Notes: generated from the letters alone by a model not told the origin. A stretch of 59,619 bases of DNA, filler included, from Sphacelaria rigidula (GCA_964200075.2; 3 parts of 3 records of this genome joined end to end with filler, not necessarily neighbours in it), one strand, 5' to 3'; shown: positions 12,882 to 25,831, numbered from the whole stretch's first letter. Numbers and translations: made by a program.

Positions 12882-14349
12882 CTAGACAGGTGAGACAAGG
12901 TGAGGCACGTGGGGCGGGGGATGGGAAGCGGTCTAGTAAACTGAAGCACAGGCCTGTGGCAGTTGAAATCTTACCGAAGGTGGCCTCTCGCTACTTTGCG
13001 ATCTGTCGCGTAATGCTGCACTGTACCCGTACACTATTGTACTACTTTTTACAGATTCACAGTCTTCGTACAATCACCAGACTCTTGCTCTTTGTGTCCG
13101 ACAGTAGACTGAACGGGCAGCCCACTGGCAACAAAAGCGAGGCAGGAGGTGGCAAGACGGAACATCGCCACCAAGACGCATCACGGAAATTTCGGCAGCT
13201 CCTCAGCGGAGAGGAAACAACATGCCTACATCAATCCCTAAGCAGCAGTATGCCTACTTCTTGTCTTGCAGTTCCGTCGTCTCAAAGCTACGCACCCGCA
13301 CCACGTCGGATCAACCTGGACCTAATGATGGGCAGTTTCGACCGAGTTTCGATCGACTATCGCATGGCAAACAGGAAGCACCGGGGTTGAAAACTCTTTC
13401 ACATTTTTCTTGCGCGTGGAGGTCACACCCAGTAGTAGCCCCACTTCCATTTCAACTTCGGCTTCGATTCCGGTTGCCTTTTGCCGCATCATATGTATCG
13501 TACGCGTCCCATTGCGGCATCATCTACCAGTGTTGCACGGGGGCTTTGCTGCCCCCATTCGACCTTCCCAGTGTGTGCGATACTTGGATCACATGCGCTA
13601 TAGTACACACAGTGCACTTGCTTTACGTGCAGCCCAGTATTTATTATTCCATGCCTGTGTGCTGTTGTTCAGTCAGCCCGCCTCTGGTGTCGATGTCACC
13701 ACTGCAACTAGGACTCTACTCGGGCACTTGCACGCCGTTTATTGCGCTGCCTCTTCGCTTTTAGGTGATCTTTACAACAGGATACATGGAAGTTGTTTAC
13801 CATCTTGCAGTTGCTTAGCTTGTGCGGTAGGCCGCGTAAGACATGGAGAGTTTCATGCATGTAGGCAGCCGCACAAGGAGACATCAATGATGCCTTTTCA
13901 GCGCGTGCGCTGCAACTCTACTGTAAGTCGATGTCGAGTCAGCTTCCGCACGTGTTCGAAGCATGTTGTGTTACGTGTGTACTACCAAAGTGATGATGTT
14001 GGTAGGACTGTGGGGTATGGAGTATGGTCCCTTTTCTGTGTCGCGGAAAGATCAAGCACCATTCATGCTGAGAACGAAGAGGCATAGCACGTAGCGACAT
14101 CCACGGTTGGACTCGATCGACGCATGGTACAATACGTCGCATACACTCGTTCGGCTGTTCGTGTGCCGAGTCGATTTGTGATGGCCCCTCTTTATTATAC
14201 CGCGCCGTTCGTATGAACATGCTCCGCCTTTTGCCTGCCCCCTGCCGCGCTCTTTCCGTCCCCGATCATATTCGGTATTGTGTGTGCGCGTGGTGTAACA
14301 TAATCCACGCTTACGTGGCTGCAGCCGCCCGAATTGCTGTGAACTTTCT

Positions 14350-14884
14350 CTTGTCATTGATAGCAACACGGAGGGTACATGAGCGCAATTGAGCCTCAGT
14401 ACTCAAGGAGGTTGGTGTTGCGCTGCGACACAGACGAAGTTGTGTTGCTGTTGTCAAGTCAGCTGAGCCCCGAGCATTTTTTTCAAATTTCGATCTCGAA
14501 GCGTGGGAAGCTCATTGTTGAAAAGCAGTGCCCGGAAGCTACTCATGGGATCCTGGGTTGTCAGTTCGTGGCTCTGAAACATGCTCACGCTTATCACGTG
14601 CGCGCACAGAGTTTTTCGAGCACCGTCACTTAGGTGAGAGCTGGAGATGCGGTTTACTCGGGTAGTATGCTCTGTATCAGCGCATGGCATGTATGTGCTC
14701 GTGCGGTTCCCAACAACGAGTTTCCCACGCTTCGTGATCGAAATGTGAAAACAATGCTCGGTACTTGGCTGACTCGAGAACAGCGACATAATTTCGTCTT
14801 TTTCGCAGCGCAACACCAACCTCCGCTGCGAGTACTGAGGCCCAATTGCGCTCGTGTATCCTCCGTGTTGCCATCAATGACAAG
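14350..14884. repeat. Long imperfect inverted repeat (arms about 175 bp, partly self-complementary interior)
   Basis: CTTGTCATTGATAGCAACACGGAGG...CGAAGCGTGGGAAGCTCATTGTTG (14350-14520) pairs with CAACAACGAGTTTCCCACGCTTCG...CCTCCGTGTTGCCATCAATGACAAG (14710-14884). Confidence 0.92.
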
Positions 14885-15249
14885 TTGAAGTTGTCGTGTT
14901 CACTGTTGAGTCGAGGACACTTATGGCCGCTCAAGAGCAGGTGCGGTGCACGCTCAAGATGGGGATGCGGAAACATGTTGTTCCCGGCGTGTGCTTGATT
15001 GTTACTTGGTTGTGTGCGTGCGGCGTACCCGTGCTGTGGGTCGGTAGTACTCGAGCAAGGGACAACAACTGCCGGAGCTTGGCATAGGAAGTACGCTTCT
15101 GCAGTCTTCCATCGTATAGGCGCGAGCGTGCGGGTTGATGCCGCATCTGCGGTTGACCGGCAAACGTGTATGCCCTTGACCTTTCGGGGTGTGTGACTTG
15201 TCTGGACAGGTCGTCAACCACGAGCTCCCCGATGGGTGGGAGGAAGCCG

Positions 15250-15975
15250 TTCCACAACCTTGCCACGGCGAGGCGGCATCGGCGCAAGTGTTGGGCGGTG
15301 TGAGAGGCGACCACGAAAAACGCCAACCACAAACGCTCCGGGAGTCGACTGCTTCCGGCACGCGGTGAGTCCATGTTTTGCCCTGTGCCACCTTTGGCGC
15401 CGGACGTGGATGGGACGCTAGCGTGGGTGATGACGGTGCGAGGGGAGCGAGGGTGGACTCGTCCTTCAACCTGGGCGTTCTCCTGGTTGCCCAGCTTGGT
15501 CATAGCGGAGGGTTCCATCAAGGTACTAGCAATGGCCACCGAATATCACTTGCCTTTGTCCGACGCTTCCACTCGTTCTGCCTACCTTTCCCCAGCCTTT
15601 CCACGGCACGGCGGCGTCGGCGCAAGCGCTGGGCGGAGTGGGGGTACGTGGCTACTCTCATCAACGCCAAATGCAGCGGGCAATGGCTGCTTCCAGCGGG
15701 CGGCAAGCCCACACTGCGTCCTACACCACCATGGGCGCCGGACGCGGACGGAACGATCCGGGGGGGTGATGGCGTTGCGAAGGGAGCGATGGTGGGCTTG
15801 CCCCACAACCAGGGCAGTGCAGCCTTTCACGCGTCTAGCGGTGGTGGTGTTAGCGGGGAGGACGGCATGCTCTACAACCCCGCCGGTGTGCCCCAGAACG
15901 CCTAAGGCGGTGATAAAATGTTGGCGGGGGGAAGCATGCGCTGCAGCCCCGCCGGTGTGCCCCAGAACGCTTACA
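15250..15975. repeat. Diverged GC-rich tandem duplication (about 340-bp period) plus short direct repeat
   Basis: CCACGGC..GGCGGC.TCGGCGCAAG.G.TGGGCGG...GGCGCCGGACG at about 15262 and about 15601; CCCCGCCGGTGTGCCCCAGAACGC at about 15878 and about 15947. Confidence 0.75.
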
Positions 15976-16168
15976 GGGCTAAACTCCGCATTGGATTCCC
16001 GACGGCCGTGGGCAGAAGCCCTTGATGGTGTGGACAGATCACGGATGGGTGACGCGAGGGCACAGGCCTGTACAGTGACGTGCTACATGAGGGCCCTAGC
16101 TCGGGTGCGCCATGCGTCTGTGTCGTGTGTGTGTTATCCCTGACATCAGAACATTGTGACGTATTGGA

Positions 16169-16611
16169 CAGCCAATCATCGATATTGAGGATGGAGCGTT
16201 AGATTGAGAGTGATAACCCGGAAAGTTGAAATCTTCGCATCCACACCGACTCTTCAAAATATGGTTTCATTCCTTCATCTGCTGGTAGCTATTGACGACT
16301 ACTACACGCCTTAAGAAATGGGATACCTATGACCGAAATTTGGGGGTAATACGTGAAAAATATAAAGTTAGGTGAAATCCAGGTGATCCGGCCGGGTCAC
16401 TTTGATTCGCCACATATTGTTTTCACCCAGGAGCCCCAAATTTCGGTAAACGGAATCCAATTTTTCATATGGCGTGCAGTGGTTGTCAATAGCTACCAGC
16501 ATATAAAGGAATGACACCATATTTCGGAGAACTGGTCTGGATGCGAAGATTTTAACTTTCCGGGTTATCATTCTCAATAAAAGCTCCATCCTCAATTTCG
16601 ATGATCGGCTG
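16169..16611. mobile_element. Foldback MITE, probably hAT-derived (arms about 190 bp)
   Basis: Begins CAGCCAATCATC, ends GATGATCGGCTG, arms complementary almost to the centre; 8-bp flanks GTATTGGA / CTATTGGT match 6/8, as expected of a decayed hAT TSD. Confidence 0.75.
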
Positions 16612-16703
16612 CTATTGGTGTGCTTGATACTGAGATTAGGCTACGAGACCACCGTCGCCTCGAAGTCAAGGCTTCCGTGCAGCGCATGAGTTTTTTCATG
16701 TAG

Positions 16704-18545
16704 GTGAAAAATGGAGTGGAGAATGGAGAGCTAGTTTTGTGCCAAGCCGAGGATGTTGCCACAGTATTAATTTTAGTTATCCCTGGTACACACGAAAGGG
16801 AAGGGGTGACCATGGTTCTTGCTTGATCACGGTTGGAATCAATCCGACCTGGAAGTGTGCTGCGTTGCCGTATTCGAGTGCAGCCCGAGATGATGGAGTG
16901 CACTGCACTGTACTGTGTCATTCATACACGTGTAAAGTAGTTTTACTGTGATTATCGTGTAAGCCAACTCGAAGCGGCATCGGTGTTTTTTCATTGTGAC
17001 ACGCGTAGTTGCTGATGCTGTTGTTGCTGTCACCGTCGTTGCTTTTGATGTCACAGGTCGTGGCGGCTTTGCTGACATTGATGCTTTTCAAAAGACGCAA
17101 ACTCTAGGTAGTATACTAGTCAGAGCTGCCTACAACTCTACGGAAGCAGACTCTCAGCCAGACGGTAATGTGAATTTAAACATGTCAACGCACAGCAAAA
17201 TTCTGTGCCTTGACTTTCGCAATACTTTTACTATAACTCTTTCGTTGTCGTCCTACCGACAAATCTGATCGAGAAAAACAATCAAAAAGTAATGCCGTTA
17301 TACCAACAGTCGCATCTGCACACAGATTCCGTTCCGAGCTCAAACCGTTCGAAATAGCACACTATAATAGTAGTGAGTACACGTATTGGAGAGACTTGGA
17401 TTGTTGGAGAATTATCTCGGCGATAAATGCGCAGGTCGCCTCTGTCTGCACTTTTGCATGAGAGAAAAAAACGTGCCCACATTTTGACGTGCTAGTTGTG
17501 AGCGATGTGAAGCAAATGTTGGTTATCCGCCGAGAAAATGCGGAAGCTGAAATGTACGACGTAGAGACAGCTCTTGCGTTCCCTCGTCTCGTCTGTCTGG
17601 AAACGAGCCGTGTACATTTACCGCAACATCCTATTTGTTGTTATTCTCCAAACGCTTTTCTCGACAGCGCCGATGTTCCCGAACCATACGCACACCGGTA
17701 TACTGCTGTTTCGTTGGAGAGATAGGTGATGTTCGAGATGTATCGATATAACTGGTTGTTCGACAGTGCAAACTCGTGCGCCTCGAGGGAATCGAACTTG
17801 ACACATCATAGTACCACGGGGTGCGGTAGGCTACACCGTTTTGTTTACTGTGCGTGTGTAGCTACACGTTTGACGTAAATGCGGTATATTATTGGGTCGT
17901 AACGATTTCGGTCGGAATTGGATGAATTTAATGCCGTCGTCTCATTTGATGCATGGGACGCAGATGAATGTTCGTAACGTTGCGTGGAGACAGGCGAATA
18001 GGGAGATGAGTGGAGTGTGTTCTTGGAGATTGGTATGGGTGTCTTACCCAACAAGGCTTACTCTTGCATACGTCGACGGATTGCTTTTTCATTACATGTG
18101 ATGAATTTGAACCAACAGGATTTGTTCCACGGAACGTGGATGGGACGGAAAAGTGGAGATTGATTACAGTACTGTGATGTCAATATTTTCTTGGCGCTTT
18201 TTTTTACTTCGCGCTTCTTATGCAACTGAGCTCATGTGTGCATCAATTACCAATATCGAGGGGAGCACACGTCGTTTCGGCGAGTTGGGGATATCTGCGA
18301 GTCATGCGCCACGAGTTGTTCGTAAAGTAGCACCATTTAAGTCCGTGCAAAACACTAGATATGTTTTTTTTTTTTCTGATTTCAGGAAATCCTAGTTGAG
18401 CATATTTGGATTCACTATACATTCGATTATCATTCAGCAATCACTTGTCTTCCGTTGTTACATTGGTGGCACCATACCCTTTTTTTTCTCATGTGTTGAT
18501 TGTTGCGTACACATCACGTTGGCGGTTGTGTCGTCCTTGTACAAG
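16704..18545 (+). pseudogene. Decayed multi-exon gene, possibly a membrane protein
   Basis: Run of AG/GT-bounded exon-like segments that join sensibly: GEKWSGEWRASF.., GRGGFADIDAFQKTQ..(17057-17164), ..YWRDLDCWRIISAINAQ | VMFEMYRYNWLFDSANSC.., YTFDVNAVYYW..DAWDADECS*; stops and frameshifts from about 17900 onward. Confidence 0.55.
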
Positions 18546-19810
18546 GGTGTTTCTTTCACCGTTACTTCATTATTTTTCATGTGATCGGTTTATGACGTTT
18601 TTGCGCTGTTTTTACGACGTCATTTATTTGTGTAATTTATTTCGTCCTTTGCGCTGTTGGAGAGAAATATCGACGTCGTAGACAAGCTTCAGCTAGGGTG
18701 GACCGGGGCGTGGATTTTCAAATGCTCGCGGAAACGTCGTGTTGATGTGTTGCATGCGGTTTCAAACTTGGGCTTGGCAATTTGGCACATCATTCATGTG
18801 TGCTGTGGACGGTGAACGAAGCATGGGTCGGGAAAATCGGCAGGAGAAGGAGAATCGTTTCTTTCGTAGGTAAGAAGTAATAGAAGTCTCGGGTGTGGTG
18901 GAGATGCAGGACGATTCCGCGTTTAAAGCAGCAGCTCGGTGTGTCTTTGCCCCAGTCGTGTATGCGTCAGTAGAGTGCTCGCATGTTCAGACGCAAGCGG
19001 AGAAGATCGATTGCGATGGATAGGGCACTAAAAAGTAGTTGGGAGCAGACCGAGTGTTACGTGACAGGGCAACAGAAGCGGTTTATCAGCGATAGGAAGA
19101 ATGAGCGATCGATCGACGCATGCGTGCGGAATGGGAATGAGATGAAGTTGTTGGCGAAAGACAGACGCCACACCTCCTGCTCACTACCCACGTAAATATC
19201 GGCTGTGCCAACGTGGAGTCCGAGCAAACGTCAAGGTGAGAGCTGAGAAGAGAACGATCGGAAAGATCGATGGAGGTCGCAGTTTTAGCCCTGACAGACA
19301 ACACGTTATACTGCAGCATGATATTCGCTACGCCATGTACGGTACCCGTATCCAGGATCCATCACAATTAATTCCAATTTGTTTTTACAAATGACCCTAC
19401 CAATTACGGATCAGGATCCATAGCCCCGGCTCCTCGGAGGCTATCATATCGTTCCTATTTCTCCACCGATACATGCAATCGAACAACACTGTCACTACCC
19501 GGGGACCGCCTGCGGATGAGAAGCTCAAAACCGAGGATTTGAGTATATTTCTTGTGTTGTGGAGGAGTGTGGGCTCTGGCAGCACTCTCGTTGTAGTTGT
19601 TGCTATCTTAACAATAGGCTCGGGATTCGCAAGCGGTTTCGACCATGTAGCCCTAACCCAGAAGTTTCTGTACGGCAGCGCAAGCACGATGTCATATGAG
19701 CAGTCCAACAGAAAAACCACCGTCATTGTGCGGTATCTTTTGAGTAGGACCTGCGTCTAAGCGCTACGGAGCACGTAACAAAGCATGCGGAAAACATACT
19801 TCTTTGGACT

Positions 19811-19910
19811 NNNNNNNNNNNNNNNNNNNNNNNNNNNNNNNNNNNNNNNNNNNNTTAATTAATTAANNNNNNNNNNNNNNNNNNNNNNNNNNNNNNNNNN
19901 NNNNNNNNNN
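19811..19910. other. Artificial contig spacer
   Basis: 44 N + TTAATTAATTAA + 44 N (stops in all six frames). Confidence 0.98.
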
Positions 19911-21629
19911 ATGAGAAGGTAGCTTCAGATACATACTACAATCGTGTATCGCTTTAGTTTCTATCTTACCTTCTTTACACTTCTTAGACTCCGCCGCGTC
20001 TTCATTTTGGGGGTGGTGGTGGCGGGAAACGTGACACTAACCCCCGGCGTAACACTGCGAGCCGTGAGTACCCTGCTGGTATCGTGGATGATGACAATAG
20101 TAGGTACTGTACGGTAGCAACAATAAAGGGCGGGGTCCCACGATTGTGCGGTTATACGAGGCTGACAACCAGCCACTACTATGATAGGACACTGTACTGA
20201 CTGTACATAGGGCATTACAGCACGGTACAGCAAGGGGTGAGGGCTCCGTGAGGGAGTACCCTGCTGATACCATGGATGATGACAGTATCATATGGTACAA
20301 TAGCAAAAATCAAAAATCCAGTGCGGGGTCTAACGTAGAGCGGTTAGACACTTGACTGACTGTACAACAAGACAGTACAGCACAATACAGTAAGGGGTAG
20401 GAACACGATGAGTGCCTGTCGTGCCTTCGGGCACATATTGTATGCCTGTATTTGTATCTGGTGTGCACGGAAATCAATGTGTTCGTGAAGCAGGTGGTTG
20501 ACCCGACATCGCAGCCTTGTGGCAGCATGCGGTGCGTTGCTTGATCCACCGCACGACCAGAAAGTCACCTTCGGCCAGAAACCCACCGTCCCCGGCCCGA
20601 CCGAAAGCCAGATACAGAAAGTCTTCGGAGTTGAGCTGCCCGCGTACAGGCGATCCCTGGTTGTGTCGAAGGCGCTGTTCAATCGGGTACACTGTTGGTG
20701 AAATAGGGGGGAAAGGGTTTCTGTCATCCATTTTGGGGCTGTCCTCGTTCTCGAGGGCCCCCCGGCGGGGAAGGGGGAGGGGGGCACGGCCTGCAGTTGG
20801 TGGAGACCCCTTACCCGAGATTTTGTCTGCTGATAGTCCGGCGAGATTGTGAAGGATAATTTTATAGGCGTCAATAGACGTTAGTTGAACATGGGCCCTA
20901 TAAGCAGCATTCTGTCAAGGTGAAGCGAGGGGAGTGCGCATTTTCTATCGTCGGTGTTTCATGCAACTGTAAGCACAATTGTACAGTACTGTTATTGGTC
21001 CCAGTCGTACGGCAATGGCTACCCCGCCGCACCCTTGCTACCCACCGCAGTGCTGTCAAAGCATTCAACGGCAAGACACCCTACATATGCATGGCAACGA
21101 CCGTTTATTGTAGGCGTCGTCTTTCTACCAGAAACTATCCCCGATTCCTCAGAGTAGCCATCCATTTGGCGTCCAACTAAGGACCCGGCTGTTCGAAGGG
21201 GTGTCCCTATGCCGTCACCGACCCGAAATTGTCGAGGGTCAATTTGAATTCGGAACTACAATATTGCTCCCCGAGTGACGGCATGCCAATTTTCATGAAC
21301 ATTAGTGGGTGTTGAGCACTCTTGTAGGAAAAGAGTGCAGTAGAACTCTTGACCTCTTGAAAGCCAAGTCGGGTACATGTACGTGTTCGCTGAGCCATTT
21401 TCGTAGTCTTGGTACTTGTGGGGCAATGCTGGTACACCTTGAGCATGCTTTTATGTTGCACGTGTGCATGAACACGTCTTCGTAGCCGTACTCCGTCGTC
21501 TTTACTGCTGTTGCTGTACCGTACATACGCGTACACTCTCTTTCCTCGGCGACTGGATACGAGCTGGGCCAGCTGACAGTGATTAGCGAATGTATCCCGA
21601 CCGGGCGGTGGGTAATCAGAAGCGTTGGG

Positions 21630-22705
21630 CGCTAAAATTTTGACACAACATTTTTATGATCACTACGCACAACCTGCCCGGGGATGCCAAGAAAAAAAAA
21701 ACAGAAAGTCAGAGCGATAAGATTCCGCAAAACTAGAAAAATGCTACAGTACGAGCTGGTGCAGATTGAACGCCCCAAATTCATTCCCCGGGATTTCCTC
21801 ACGCCGTTTTTTCGAGTTAGAACACGAAAATTTGCACACATGTTCTTGAGGGCACTCACTATCCAAAACTTGAAGCCTGTTTTTTTTTTTTTTGTGTCGA
21901 GATAGTCGGAATCTGGTCCCTCCCCGGTTAAGCAGATCAACCGCGACCTCGAATAAAAAACCACAAAAAAAACGGTCTTCGAGTTTCAGATAGTGCCCTC
22001 CAGAACACGTGTGCAAATTCTCGTGGTCTAAGTCGAAAAAATGGCGTGAGGAAATGCCAAAACGTGCCCTGAAGTATAAAAGTCGGTGATTACTTGATCG
22101 AAGTACAGAATCGCCCTTTCGGGGGGTTGTTTATACGGTTAAAGATCCAACCGATTCAGTTTTTCGACTTGAGCAACGAAAATTGGTACTCATGTTCCTT
22201 GGGATACCACCTCACCATAGGACATCAAATTTTTGGTGTTGGGGTATTCTGTTCCCGTTTCCTGGGGTCTTTATGCTGAGACCCCCGGAAGCCGGTAGAG
22301 AACGGAGAAACTTTGAAATCCTGCCAATAATATAATTTTTCCATTTGGAGCATCAATACGTACGGAACTGCCAAGTTTGAGGATGATCTGAGCTTTTCTC
22401 CAACAGATGAAATGAAAATCGTCTCGAGGCTCCGTGGGTCTTTCGTACTTATCATGAGTGGAAATCAGACGACGCCAAAGCTCCACATCAACGAAACATC
22501 ACGGTTTGGGGCAAAATTCGACCCCGCTGGAACCGTTTTCAAATCTGTTTCTCCCGTTATATTCCCAAGCTGATGACGGTTACTACGATTTGAACCATGT
22601 GGAGATTCGGTGGAAATTGGGCTTTGAATTCGTGTTTTTAATTTCGAAACAATTTGAAAGGCGCTGATTGGTCGAGACAAATTTTTGTCCATAGCGCCAC
22701 CGCTA
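21630..22705. mobile_element. Composite interspersed repeat / non-autonomous TE
   Basis: Internal inverted repeat (about 21793-21895 vs 21965-22056); about 22200-22700 is homologous in inverse orientation to about 40470-40900. Confidence 0.7.
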
Positions 22706-22859
22706 TAGCCTCGAACAAAAATCCGGCTATGTCACCCTCTTCGTCTGTTCATTGCGGTCAGTATGATACCACACTTGTGCATATTGGCTGGGTATTGCGT
22801 TCGTCATCAGCCGGGGAATAAATCATGGGTATTCAATCTGGACCAGCTTGTATAACTCC

Positions 22860-23150
22860 GTGAAAATGAAAAAGAAATACGGGGCCATCCCTTGTGTAGT
22901 TGTGCGTACTTGTGTGTAGATCCTGGTGCATTTTCGGCCATAAATTCCAGAAATTTGGCGCAGCGTCCAACTTTTCGTGTGGCACGGCTGCGCTCCTTTA
23001 ATCCAAGTGATACAGTTGACTCCAATTATGGAGGCCACGAGTTCGAATCCCGACGTATTCCTTTTTTTGTTACGTCGATTAGGCGATACATTAGACAGTA
23101 CATCTTTTTCATATCTTTTTCATTTAGCGGCGGTCCCGTGCGTTCCCACG
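22860..23150 (+). mobile_element. Interspersed repeat with Pol III B-box-like motif (copy 1 of 3)
   Basis: GTGGCACGGCTGC...CGAGTTCGAATCCCGAC; related copies at about 23790-24030 (-) and about 36150-36420 (+). Confidence 0.6.
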
Positions 23151-23487
23151 TTGGTCTGCAGGCCACAACGATGTACACAAGTCGGGCTGGTTTAGAAGAC
23201 TTGATAAGTTATGGTGTGACATGCAAATGCGGGATTTACTGCTGGCCCACCCGGCTCGTACAGAAAAACGATCAGTTTGTCATCACCCGCCACTGCTCAC
23301 GGTTTATTGTAAGCTTGCCTCCGCCTGTGCTTGGTGTTTTCAAATAACAACAGTACAGCGTGCAGCGATTTTGACAGCGCAAGACGGGGCGGGTAGGTAG
23401 GTTGCAACTTTTGCTCTAAGAGCATAAAACACCTCATTTTCCCCTACACTCCAATATCTCGGTTATCATTGAGGTGTTCAAATTCAC

Positions 23488-25217
23488 CTCGACTGCCGAA
23501 ACAAAAGGGAAACATGGGCCCCGTCGGAGATCTGCGTCTCATATTCTGGCTCGTTCTTCGAAGCACGACATTGCTCACAATGAGCACTTAGTTCAGAGGG
23601 CGAGTTGGCCTCTTTTTCCGTATTTCGAAACGCCTGCGGCGGCACTATGAGCTGTGCCGACCTAAAAGCCCACGTTGTCTCCAGCATACGATGAATTTCC
23701 AAGTTTCCCAAATTAACCTGATGTAAGTGTATCGCTGTGAAATGCAGACCAACCTACTGATGACACGCTCTGCCGCTGAAATAAATTGGGAAATGAATGT
23801 ACTGCATAATGTACGCCCTCAGCGGCGGGATCGCATTTTTGAAGAAAAAAGTATTTGTCGAGATTCGAACTCGTGACCTCCCGCCCTTCCGGAAGTTTCC
23901 AATACAAGTTAGACGACAGGGTGCAGCGGTGCGACACAAAAAATGGAAAGCACGCCTTGATCTGAAGAATTTCAAGCTAACACATGCACGCACGTTCTAT
24001 ACGACAAAACGCCTAAGATATTCGTGTACATTTGTTGAGTTATGATGTTTTTCACAGGTCGGACGAGTCATTACTCGTTTAGATGAGTTCACTCGTGGAT
24101 GTTTTTCCAAAACACAACGAGTATGACTCGAGTGCTCGCCCTATTATTTTTTTCGACAACGAGTAGTGACTCGAGTGCTCGCCCCATTAATTTTTTCGAC
24201 AACGAGCAATGACTCGAGTGCTCGCCCTATTATTTTTTGCGGCCAACGAGCAGCCCAACGAGTGCGAGTGCCACGAGTCACACTCGTGCTCGTCCGACGT
24301 ATGATGTTTCTGTTTTTTTCATAATCTTGAACAGGCCCTAATTCGCTGATTTTTTTTCTGGCCATTGTACAGCATTTTCGCGCGTGAATTGTATAAAGCT
24401 TTTGCCAAATTTTCATCGTAAAACTGTTGAAAACGCGGCATGCAAACCCGGCAAGCGCCAGAAAAAGTGCCCTAAGCTGGCCCAGCTCGGATTGTATAAG
24501 TCAAGTCGAATCCGCCCTGGATGTACAACGTCAAATGAAGTCGAACTTCCGTGACGTTGTTGTTGTTGACTTTCTGAACGAGAACATTCATCATGTATAG
24601 TAACGTGACATATTTTGTCCAATGAGGCGCTACGAAGCACAAGAGAGTTGTGCACTTGATGTCAACGCCGCTGTGTAGAAGCTGAGTACCCATATACACT
24701 GTACCACTTAAAGCCAAGTATGACTTGAATTGTCGAAAGAAAATGCGTTTTCTCCGAGTCAAATCGCATCGTTTGAGTAACGAGATGCCCGCATACCCAT
24801 GAATCCTTATGCACTGAAACACCTTTTTCGTCACACTTTGAATCGAAGAACAAGTCCATGGCCTCAAGGGATCAACCTATCCCTCCTCCTGCACATCTTT
24901 TTAGTATCTCTTGATCAATAATCTCTTGCCGTGTTGATCCGTTGCGCTGTACGAGCGTGGCAGTCCCTCATAACAGTATGTAAGGTCTGCACAGACGGGG
25001 GGGGGATAAACCAAAACCGGCGGCAATGTTCAGTCTCACCCGTCATTCACCTGTTCGTATCACTCCAAAGCCACGTCTGCACTTTCCCCTATGCCTATCG
25101 TCCACGCTTCAATCAACTCTGCGATCGCGTATGTTCGTTAGGCGCGGTACTTCGGTCTCTTGGCACTAATTTTAAGTTCACATCTCCCAGCCCAAAACGC
25201 GCTATATGTCGCATCAT
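23488..25217 (-). pseudogene. Decayed multi-exon gene of unknown family
   Basis: Exon about 25217-25051 (CTGTAG acceptor, GTGAAT donor) reads DATYSAFWAGRCELK..RA*RTY..LE*YEQ with two stops; joins in phase to VDPLRPWTCSSIQSVTKKVFQCIR.. (from about 24877); further exon about 23717-23488 VNLGNLEIHRMLETTWAF.. with GTGAAT donor. Confidence 0.55.
24055..24301. mobile_element. MITE-like element with internal 42-43-bp tandem repeats
   Basis: Ends GTCGGACGAG / CTCGTCCGAC; three copies of TGACTCGAGTGCTCGCCC.ATTA.TTTTT. Confidence 0.6.
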
Positions 25218-25831
25218 CTACAGGAAAATGCCGAGGTCTTCGTCAGTGCTTGAAAATGAAAAAACTCTCCAATGTTCACACTAGTCCGCTGATGATCCCG
25301 CGAGTTGTGGGAGGATGGTTTTGTAGGCCTAGGTGAACCCTTCACGGCCATGGGCGCTTGGCAGGAACATCACAAGCGATTGTTTTGACCATTGGTCGTC
25401 CAGTAGCCGTTATCATAGTTGAAGGAGGAGTGTGCTCGTCTCTTGCTTCCATGCGATATTCTGCTGTTTGCTGACATCTTTGTACATGCGTGGCCGCGTG
25501 CGCAGCTGACCCAGTCATTGCTGTTGGTTAGCTTTACTGAACCTGCAATACGTTGCTGGGCGTGACTTATTTCTGCGCGAACACATTTGACGTGCGGCAT
25601 ATGCCTAGTGATGGCCTTTTCTGTGCAGGCATTGTCTCTCCACCAAAAACAACTATTCCGAACCTCACCCAAATGCGCCCAACCAACTAGGCATCAGGGT
25701 GTTGAAAGGGTCGAACCCTTCCTCCCCACAAACGCTACCCGCAAGATCGCCCACGCTGTGTACCTCCACTACCGTTGTGACTCCACATATTAACAGTACA
25801 TGGGCTCAGTTGCGCTGCGTCGTCATTCCAG

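Noticed and set aside
19855-19866. TTAATTAATTAA palindrome inside N runs (also 39764-39775)
   Set aside because: Identical artificial six-frame-stop linker centred in 100-bp spacers; not biological.
24125-24250. CRISPR-like short repeats
   Set aside because: Units are tandem with near-identical intervening sequence, no unique spacers, no cas genes, eukaryotic context.
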